Assembly: GCF_004010195.1 (NCBI RefSeq)
Contig: NC_057711.1
Coordinates: 72,082,845 to 72,146,844, forward strand
DNA: 64,000 nucleotides
DNA from: Chiloscyllium plagiosum
Lineage: Eukaryota
Reading direction: 5' to 3'
The first letter of the stretch is position 1, and each line of letters starts with the position of its first letter. Below are positions 52,760-62,428 of the stretch, piece after piece. The notes under the pieces were generated by a model, which was not told the DNA's origin, ran no database searches, and saw only the letters and a list, made by a program, of their open reading frames with translations. The position numbers and the translations under genes were made by a program.

Positions 52760-53960
52760 GGGAAAACGCGCAGCCAATGATTGAGCTCAGTTTCATAAAA
52801 GCTGCGCTCTGAGTGGCTGCAGGGCGAATGTCTGTGAAACAAAGGAGAGAGCCGGGTCTGGTGCACAGACACTAATGTTCAGCCAGCAAAACACACAGAC
52901 ACTGCGAGGACAAGCCAATCCACCCAGAAAAGCACAGGCAATGTGAGGACAAACCAATCCACACAGACACTGCAAGGACAAGCTAATCCACTCAAAAAAA
53001 AACACAGACACTGCGAGGACAAGCCAATCCACCCAGCGAGCACACATCGCCATACAGCCACAGTGGTATAGAACAGGCAGTCACATTAGCACAGCACTTG
53101 ATGTAAAACAAACAAATGCATTTTCATATCACACGAAGACCAGGGCAAAACCGAACCAATACCGATCGTAAGTACATTGTGCAATAACCTGAGTGTGAAG
53201 TTTTACCAATTCCACCAGACAACCGTCTCTTTTGGCAAGACAAGTAAGCGCTTTTCAAAGTTCTTTTTTTGTAAAAAATAAAACTTTACTCCCTGTCCCC
53301 AATTTTGAACAAACTCGAGGAGATTACTGAATACGATAAGAGTTTTGATTCATCTTGTTGATTTGAAAATTGTGTCCGGGTGCTGTTTCCTTTTTTTTGG
53401 TTTTACTTCCACGGTTTTTAAAAGAGGAAACAAATTTGGCTGTTAGTCCCTCGTGACACCTACCGTGCTAACTTGAGCTTGTAAATAGCTGCAAGTTTTT
53501 TTTTGCTGAAGTTGACTTTAATAAGCATTTACAACTGTCGATCACGAACGCTTCCCCTCCCCTTTTTTATTGCTGATATGAGAAGAACGTGCAGCGTGTT
53601 CTGAAGATTTGTGTTTAATCTCACCCAGGCGATAAGAGCTCCCTAAGAGATTTGACCCCCCTCCTTCCCTCGATCAAAATTACAGATTTGAAGTTTTCCC
53701 CGATTTTGTTTCTCTCTAAGGCGAGATCAGTTTTCTGATACGCTTGTCACCGATTTTTGTTCTCACGTCAAGCTACAGGGAATCTTGGATTCACGTGATT
53801 GAAGCTCGAACAGTAACAAAATAGCTGCTTTTAGATGGTTGGTTGTTGAAACCTCCCCCTTTAAATCCATCAACAATTCATTACAGCTTTTAGCTCTAAA
53901 CGCCAGCTAATTAAACTGTGTAGCTCCTAATCCGAGTACAAGATGACAAAAAAAATGGTA
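52760..53960 (+). promoter_or_regulatory. Candidate ZNF608 promoter and non-coding first exon region
   Basis: AGCCAATGA (52772) followed by TATA-like CATAAAA (52794). CpG is visibly more frequent than in the flanks and no transposon is recognisable. Consensus donors GTAAGT (53168), GTAAGC (53244) and G|GTAAGC (53958). TSS not determinable from sequence. Confidence 0.5.
52891..53036 (+). repeat. Four imperfect ~30-40 bp tandem units (ACACAGACACTGCGAGGACAAGCCAATCCAC)
   Basis: Units read directly. CCAAT at 52915, 52954 and 53024; CTAAT variant at 52983. Confidence 0.85.
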
Positions 53961-55239
53961 AGCAGACAATCGTCAACGTTTGCAACAAACCGGTGCTGGT
54001 GATATAAGATTTTTTTTCACTCCTTCCTCCTCTCCCCAGCACCCCTCCCACCCCCTTTTCCTTCTCCCCCTGTCCTCGTCTTGTTGTATTTGAAGCTGTC
54101 GATTATGAAATTACCACATGATTGACTGGCGTCGTTTCCTCGCTTAATTTGTATGTTTGACACTGTTTTGAGAGACGATGGTGCCACGTCCGGACAAAAT
54201 GTGTAATCCAGTCCAGGTTTCTGCTGGTTTTTTTTACCCTTCCCTAATTTATCCCAGGGTTAGCACATTCTGTCTTCTTTCAACCGGACGCTTGTAGTTT
54301 TCCTTTCTTTTCTCTGTGTGCTATAATCATTTACTGATCACGATGTTTCCAAAAGTGTGCGGTTAAGGCGGAATGTGAAGTTTGGAAACTTTATTTTTTT
54401 TTAATTTTTGGACCTGTATATCAAATCTTTTTCTTGAAAAAAAGAAATCAATGTATACCCCCATGCATGTGGCTATTGTTGCTCGGGACGCGAGTGTGGA
54501 CTTTAATTTTTTTTCGTGCTGGGAAAAGGCACGGAATCCGGATTGTCTGCCAGGAGAAAGGAGGAGGAGGGGATCGAAGTGAAACATTGACTTGGCGATG
54601 AGGTTTATAATGTTTCTTCCATTCTGATATTAGCACAAGTTGTGCAGCATGGTGATGTATGGGGAAATGTTGCAATTTTTTTTGTGTGTGTGGGGAGGGG
54701 GTTTAATGCGGGGAAGAGATGTTTGAATGATTTGAAGGTAAGAGTTGCAGCTACCCATGATGCATGCTTTTCAGACTTTGAATGGTTACACTGATCTTTG
54801 TCAAACAACCTCATTTGCGGTCACTGAGGCCACCTTGGTGCAGAGCTCATGGAGCGCGAACGGGCGGTGATCCATTTCCAGCAATGTTTTTAAACGCGTC
54901 TCTTTTGCACCATGATAACTTTCTCAGATGTTCGTGTTTGGCAAAAGAAAAAAATCAAGTCTGTGTCTTTTTTTGCCCCCCCCACCGTATGTTCTTTTAT
55001 GTGTTTTTTTGTTTGGTTATCCTCTCTCATTTGGGTTGGTGTGAAATTACAAAGGTCAACAATGAAACAGGGCGACTGTAAGGACCTATATATATATATT
55101 CTTTTAAAGCCATGTAATCGGATTGTCTTTTAATATTGGGAAATTCAAATCAGACTCACTCGCTGAAAAAAGAGTGAGGAAAGAAAGCAAAATGTTAGTC
55201 TCACCCAACAACCGATTCATTAGTTTTATCTTTTTGCAG

Positions 55240-55425
55240 GAAGTAATTTATTCGTGCGTGTGGATCGTGTGAGTCGAAAATAAGGGAAATATCTATCTCT
55301 CTGTCTCTTTCTGTATAAAATAAACACATGAGAGGGTTGAAACACGTGGCGGAGAAGCGAATGTCCTCCCACATCCAAAGCAGCGAAGTTCATCCAGTTT
55401 TTATCCAAGCGATCCCATCTTCAGG
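55240..55425 (+). other. ZNF608: 5' UTR part of the first coding exon of ZNF608
   Basis: Pyrimidine tract and acceptor ttttatctttttgcag|G ending at 55239, 186 nt upstream of the ATG. Confidence 0.7.
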
Positions 55426-56361
55426 ATGTCAGTGAACAGTTCCATTGCTACGAGTAAAGGTGTTGATTCAAACGCGGTTGATACTTACGACAGTGGCGAT
55501 GACTGGGAGATCGGAGTGGGGAATCTGATCATCGATCTAGACGCGGATCTGGAGAAAGACAGGCAGAAATTGGAGATGAATAACTCGAGTTCGAGCAGCG
55601 GCGGCATTGCAGCCCCGGGCAGTGGCAGCAGCAGCAGCAGCAGCAGCAAGGACTGCGGGGCCAGTGTCACAGCAGCTTCAGCCCTTTCTGAGAGCCTCAA
55701 ATTCACCTCCTCTTCGGTCCAGCCTCCCCCTGGCAATCCCCACAAGGAGACTGGCAAATCCAAAGTGAAAAGAAGCAAAACTTCCAAGGATGCTAATAAA
55801 TCTCTCTCCTCCGCCGCACTGTATGGGATTCCTGAAATTAGCAGTGCTGGCAAGAGGCAGGAAGTTCAAGGGCGCCCTGGAGAGGTTTCTGGCATGAATT
55901 CAGCCCTGGGTCAAACAGTGAGCAGCAGCAGCAGCAGCAACAGCGGCAGCGGTAGCGCTGGTTGCAACAATAATAACAATAACATTAATAATAACACTGC
56001 CCTTGGCAATTGCACTAAAAACAAAGAGGAGAAAGCGGGCAAGGGCACGGGCAGGGGAGGCTCGAAGCGGGATAAGGAGGCTGCCAGGTCTCGCAAGGAT
56101 GGCAATAAGCAGGAGGTGGGGGTGCACCCTGGACAGCACCCGATGTCAGCGCCCGTGACACCCGCTGCCCATCTCTTTAATTTCGGTGCCAAAAGCGGCA
56201 GCAGCTCCTTACAGTGCTGCGGGGAGCCCACAGCCCGTATCCCGGACATTAAAACCACTCTGGAGTCAGGAATACTGAGCAACCCTGTCGTTCTGAAAAA
56301 GGATGATGAAGAGCATGACGAGGAGAGTGTCCGACCCATCAAGAAGTTGAAAACTGATAAG
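55426..56361 (+). CDS. ZNF608: Zinc finger protein 608, first coding exon (312 codons, phase-0 donor; rest of gene lies beyond the window)
   Basis: Translation MSVNSS...[31 protein letters not shown]...[47 protein letters not shown]...IKKLKTDK matches the ZNF608 N-terminus as recalled. The [20 protein letters not shown] segment favours ZNF608 over its paralogue ZNF609. Donor AAG|GTAATT after 56361; the ORF-track tail VICTF is intronic read-through. Confidence 0.93.
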
Positions 56362-59300
56362 GTAATTTGCACTTTTTAAAAAAAAGTTATTGATGATTTC
56401 TTTGTTTTTCTTTAAATGATTGCTTTATTCCATGTGATATGATTGCTGCACTAAACTGAGAATCTCCCATGGCTGACTTAAATATCAGGACAATATTTTT
56501 GATGTTTCAATTCGACCCATCCGCCAATTTTAGTGTGGTTGGAGGTATAAAATACTTTGCGGTTGCATTCCTTAACAAGTGTCCCAAACACATCAAATTA
56601 TAATGCATTTTTGCAATAACAATTATGGTGCAGCTTTTTTTGGTAAGCATGAATAAGTGAGAACGTCAACATTTTCGCTTTTTTTAAGTAACAGGCTGGT
56701 GTTATGGTTATACATATACATAAACAACGGAATCACAGCCGCAGCTGGAGAGAAATGAGGTTATTGTAATCACTACTATTTGCCTGAAGGATGGGGGAGG
56801 TGCTTTGTAATCAAATACAACAGTAAACGTCTTCATAAAAGCTGAACTAACCTTGCCTTCTTGGGATGCAGAGATGGTCGATATGATGCCTGACATTTTG
56901 CTAACATGGGTTTTGTAGATGTAGTGTGAAAAGGAAGTTTGGCCTTTGCTTCCATTGTTAGTATGCAACCTGGCTTTTGATATGTTGGTGATTATCCAAA
57001 TACTATGGAGTTTCTCAGTAGGCTCTGATCCATTGTTTGCTGGATAATTATTGGGGTTGGGAGGGTGTGGTGGTGGTGGGAAGTGTCATTGGAATTGTGC
57101 TATTTTAAGTGAAAAGACACTTAGTGAAGGTAACAGTTTTACAAACTATGCCCTCACTATTCCTGAATAAGTTCTGCAAGTTTCTTATTTTTAATAGGCA
57201 TGTTTAGATCAAGGCTCTAAAACTGCTTTGCATTGTTATGAACAATGAAGCTTTTGTGATGCATGAGTTTAAGTGAAGAAAACATAAGAAGATGAGTGCT
57301 TTCAGAATAATTACTTCCTTTTAATATAATTTGTCGGGTACCTTGTAGTCCACTTTTCAGCCTTTTCCTTGCCATTAGACTCAATAAATAGATTCCCTGT
57401 AATGGGAATTGGTCAGTTGTGTCAGAGAGAATTTTGTTCCTGTGTATAATAAAGTGAATTCCTAGCTTGTAGAGGTGGTGACCTTTGCAATTCTGCTGAT
57501 ACTACTGTTGGAAACTTTAGACAGAAGCAAGATTGGTTGGCTTGAAAAACGGTATTTTATTTGATTAATTTTATTACTGGTGGAACAGTTTCAAGGAGAC
57601 ATTTGAGATGTTAATAAAGATTTAAAAGTAAGGTGCAGAGGCTAATGTTCCATAGTCTATTAGTCATGAGAAGGATATCTAAACAGATTCAGAATGAAGG
57701 AGAGATTGGCAAACTGTTTGACATGCATGACAACTCCCCAATCAAATCGTTTTATTTTGGTCTCCAGCAGACTGCAAATTGGGAGCCGTTTTAATCTGTT
57801 TTAAATATCAAGATAACTTGCTCTAATCTGTTCTTCACAATGACTGTGGTTAAAGTTTCAAGACCATTTGATTGAATTCGCTGGCTGTGTAGAATGCAGA
57901 AAGCATTGCTCCCTGCACCCCCAAGCGTTTTTAATCTTTCAGCCAAATGTTCAGATTCAACAGTTTTGTTTAGCAGGCAATCTGTACATTTTCAAATCCT
58001 AGAGGCAGGTGTCATGGCAACAGAGATTAGAGTGGTGTGCTTTCACTCCTCTTATTTCTCCCTTATTTATACCTCAAATAGTCTCCTGGGGAAAATGTTT
58101 TAGTGTGTCTATTCCTCAAAACAATCAAATCAGTGTTCAAAACCAGTGCCTGCTGATATTCAGTCAGTGGGTCATACACAAAAATGTCCAGTATCGTACT
58201 GCCACTTGCTTGTCTTGATTCTTCCCAGATATAATTGACAAGCACATTCTATTCATTCTAGCACAGCCTGTTTTCCTTTTGACTGCTCCAGAGATCATTC
58301 AAATTTAAATCTGCAGCATACACAATATATGACTCGAAGGAAATGAAATGGTACTGATACATAACCTGTGCTTTTAAAGTATACATTTGTGTCTTGTACT
58401 TGTTATTTATTTGAAAGGTGAAGGCACGTTTTGTTAAACCGTATTGTAACAAGCTGTGAAATATTTATACGTTTATACGTTCGTCTGGTTTAAATGAGGT
58501 TGAAGAGAAATGTGTCCAACTAAACTTGTGTGAGTAGCAGGTTGCTAAATGTATAAGCTAAATTCTTATGAGTTATAGTCATTGGTTAATCTCTGCAATG
58601 TGTTTGCAGGTTTATTCTTGGTCTGTTTATTCTATTCGTTTGCTGCAGTTAGTCATGTAAAACATGATAAATTGGAACCTATTAAAACTAATTATTTTTG
58701 TGACTCTGTTTCTGCATGCCTTTTATGCATAAAACCACAAGTATGTTGTAAAACCTGCCACTCCCTCCAAGTATTGCTCAAGTAAAAAGCAGCCTATAAT
58801 TTGAGCCGTTTGAGCTATTTCTATGTAGCCCATTTTTGTGGTTTAGCTGTTGCTAACATGTCTGATTTAAGTAGACTTGGCAGGACCAGTAACCACTCCT
58901 AGTAGTTGGCAAAATCCTTCTAATATAGGATTAGCTAATAAAGGCTTGCCAATACCCAGTCCTTCACCAGAAGTAAATAAAAGTTTGCACTTTCATTTAT
59001 CCAGTCAATGAAATAGAATTATGTATTTGATTTGCTTGAGGTAGGACATTAAAGATGTGAACAATCACTCGCTAGATTAATTAATTTAATTGTTAAAGTA
59101 TGTTACTGGAATATAGAGCACAACTGAAAAACCAAACCAGTTTTAAACACCACATTCTAGTTTTCTAACTGGGATTGACAGTTGACTGTAAAAAACATGC
59201 TGCGAGTGCAGGCTTGAGAGTTCTCATAAGCCTTGTTAATATCTCAGGGTGGAATTTGTCACCCTTTGAAAGTGATGCAATGATACATTTCACAGCTGAG

Positions 59301-60490
59301 AATTGCATTCACAAATGACTTGACATACATTAATGCTAGCAACTATTTTTTAGCTGCATTAGACCAATAAATGGAAAGGAATAGTATTGAGAGCAAGTTA
59401 CAGCCAGAAGCATATTTTCTACTGTGCCTTTTGTGCTAGACTTTGTTCCTGCTGATTAATTGATTGAAACATACATTTACCTTCCTGTTCTTTGTATACT
59501 GCTGTTACTTGTCTGTTACAGTCTGTAGCAAAGGACTGTAAGTGGTAAGCAGTCGTTAATGAAGAAAACAAAGGACAGATTTGTTGAATGTGAGCGGTTT
59601 AAAAGCTGACTCGAAACTCTGCAAGAAGAGATTTGGCTGGTGAATGGTACCACAACTAGCACGAGTACTTGTAGAACAAAAAACTCTTCAGTCTACTTAA
59701 TGCTTTGTAACTTTGAATAGTGTGACCAGAGCTTTTCGGAAGGGGTGAATGAGCTGGTGGCCTTTGACTGCTGAGAACCTTCTAGACGAACTTGTGACCT
59801 CCCAAGATCTGTGAGACCAAAGTTGCTATAGATTTTTTTTTTGCTAATAAGCTGTTTTTAAAATTTTATTTGCAAGGTGGTATGCTTTTAAAAATCATAC
59901 CGTTACACATAATTTTAAAAGGAGACCATCAAAACGTATTGTAAAGTGCAATTTTATGAATTTAATATTTATGCCATAATAGTTATTTTGATATGTTACG
60001 GCAGGGAGTATCGTACATAGGTGGGCTGTGAAATGCCTAAGGATCTCCTGAGATCATAAGAGGCTCTATACAAATGCACACCTTTTCATTAACCAAAATT
60101 GAAGCTCCCAAGTTTTAGTTACAGGTTTCTGAGGACTGTTAGGGGAAAGTAAGTCACCCAGGTCTTCTGGGAGAAGAAATATTTGTGTATTCTTTAAATG
60201 CTATGGACCTTTTGTGGTATAAGGACACAGCTATTCATGTGCGATTGGTGGTACCTGAGCAATGTGGGCTATGGTGAGATGATCGCAGAATCGGGCGAGG
60301 TGTTCAGCAAGATCCATCTGGACATCGAGGTCATCTTAGCTCATCTTATATGCTTTTTTCAAGTGGTGTGGTGAGACCTTGTTAGGCCGGGTTGAGTTCT
60401 CAATTGATGTTTGTTATTGCTTGTTCAACCCTTTGCTATCAGTCCAACCTGCCATGGGTTGTGATCTTAACTAATCATACAGGGGAAGGA

Positions 60491-61056
60491 AGTGGCCTAA
60501 TGGTATTGTTACTGGGTGATTAATCCATTGACCCAGCTAGTGTTCTCCGGACCTAGGTTCAAATCCTGCCATGGCAAATGCTGGAATTTTCAATGAAAGT
60601 TGAAGTCAATAATATCTGGAGTCTCATAATGATCGTGATCCATTGCCAAAATAACTGCAGATGCTATAAATCAGAAACAAAAGCAGAAGTTGCTGGGAAT
60701 GCTCAGCAGTTCGAGCAGCATCTGTGAAGAGAAATCAGGGTTAATGCTTTGCTTCTGAGAAATCCCAAAGGTTAACTCTGATTTCTCTTCGCAGATGATG
60801 CCAGACCTGCTGCGCTTTTCCAGCAATTTCTGCTTTTATTCATTAATCCACTGCTGATTGTTGGGAAAAGCCCACCTGGTTCACTAATGTCTTTTAGGGA
60901 AGGAAATTGCTGCTCTTACCTGGTTCTGGTTGACATGTGGCTCCAGACTCACAGCAGTGTGACTGACTTTTAACTGCCCTCCAAGAAAATTAGGGTTGGG
61001 CAGCAAATTCTGGCCTGGCCAGTGACCTCCACATCCTGTGAATGAATGAAAAAAAA
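60491..61056 (+). mobile_element. Second tRNA-derived SINE family, interrupted by a family B fold-back element
   Basis: GTGGCCTAATGG A-box-like and GGTTCAAATCC B-box; tail CCACATCCTGTGAATGAATG(A)n shared with the LINE at 24300-24365. Confidence 0.7.
60648..60840. mobile_element. Fold-back pseudo-LTR pair (family B), ribozyme cores destroyed
   Basis: Inverted arms ~60679-60754 and ~60772-60837; ATCCA(T/C)TGC on both flanks. Confidence 0.75.
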
Positions 61057-61739
61057 CCTCACCGCCATTGAGTCGGAAAATCTTGACGTGGAAACCAGGG
61101 CAGGTTCTTGGTGGGTTCAACTTGCTGCTTGTTCCAAAGGCCATCCTTGTTGGACATGATGCCAACATCTCGATCATTGCCCAGGGGTACCATCCACACA
61201 TACACAGTGACGTCCTACATGAGCACCAGCCTCTTTAAACCCTCGTGGCACATCTCTAATCCACCTATAGGACACTTCTCTACTTGAGTGCAACCATTAC
61301 AGTGATGCTGCAGTAGGGATACTTTGTGCTCAGGGCCACATGCTACCTCATGGACTGGGGCTGACTGCATCTCTGTCTTTTTGCTTGCTGTTATAGTGCT
61401 CTCTTACTCTTGAGTCCATCTGGATGTCCACAATATCCCTGCCATGCATTGCATTGCCTTGCTTTCCTGTGCATTGCCACCTCAGTTACACATGCCATGC
61501 TCAAATTGTCACCATTGTGCTGTGTTGTTTAGTGCCAGCATGAAGACAGGAAACAAGCCAAAGTGTCAGTAGGCATCAGGTCCAGGCAAGGGTATAGACT
61601 TCGCACATGGGGTCCCTGCATAGTAAGTTGAGAGCAGGCTCCCATACTAGTCTAGGCTCTGCTCAGGCAGTCAGAGTCAGAGTCCTTTCCTGATAAGGGG
61701 TAATGAGCCAAATGAATAGTGGCATACCACTGGTCTAGA

Positions 61740-61900
61740 GCTTAAAAATGTGTTGCTGGAAAAGTGCAGCAGGTCAGGCAGCATCAAAGGGACAGGAGAA
61801 TTGACGTTTTGGGCATAAGCCCTTCTTCAGGAAGAAAGGCTTTTCCAGCAACACATTTTTAAGCTCTGATCTCCAGCATCTGCAGTCCTCACTTTCTCCC
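61740..61900. mobile_element. Fold-back family A element with 14 bp TSD; plus arm internally deleted
   Basis: ACCACTGGTCTAGA at 61726-61739 and 61901-61914. The minus core (61803-61830) has GAAA changed to AAAA. Confidence 0.9.
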
Positions 61901-62300
61901 ACCACTGGTCTAGACCCTATTGAGGACTGTTTTGATTCTGAAACAAGAGAGAGGCAGGTACCATGGAAGATGAAAGTGGGTGTATGGTTGTCTAATGGCT
62001 GTCACAGCTATTACTGTTGGTGTTTTCCTGAGTGAGTGAGTGTGCAGCATAAAGAGTGAGTGGTATTGCACATTGAGGTGAGTGAGGGTTAGTAGAGAAA
62101 TAATTCAATCCATTAGTGAGAGTGTTGGGGCATGAGCCTCAGTTGGAGGTGAATCCAAAGCAGAGATAGTGAGGATGAGGTATTGGAGCAGTTATGGTGG
62201 CAGAGTGAAGAAGGACAGTGAACTTGTTCCTATAGTGCTGGACATTCCTTCAGGCATTTAACCTGGATGGTAATCTTGGAGCAGACTGGAATGATCTAGT

Positions 62301-62428
62301 AGGAGAAAATGAGGACTGTAGATGCTGGAGATCAGAGTTGAGAGTGTGTTGCTGGAAAAGCACAGCCGGTTAGGCAGTATCCAAGGATCAGGAGAATCAA
62401 CATTTAGGGCATAAGTCCTTCAACATGA
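62301..62428 (-). mobile_element. Decayed solo family A pseudo-LTR
   Basis: Matches 30780-30912; AATGATCT(A/G)GT at 62290-62300 and 62429-62439. Confidence 0.8.

Noticed and set aside
52891..53036. Repeat-spacer appearance resembling a CRISPR array
   Set aside because: Vertebrate DNA, no unique spacers, degenerate units and no cas genes.
55485..56372. Antisense ORFs (122, 63, 79 and 153 aa) over the ZNF608 exon
   Set aside because: Shadows of a GC-richer, AGC-repeat coding exon, with no independent gene signals.
56362..56379. C-terminal VICTF-stop of the 317 aa ORF
   Set aside because: Read-through past the GT donor into the intron, not a real C-terminus.
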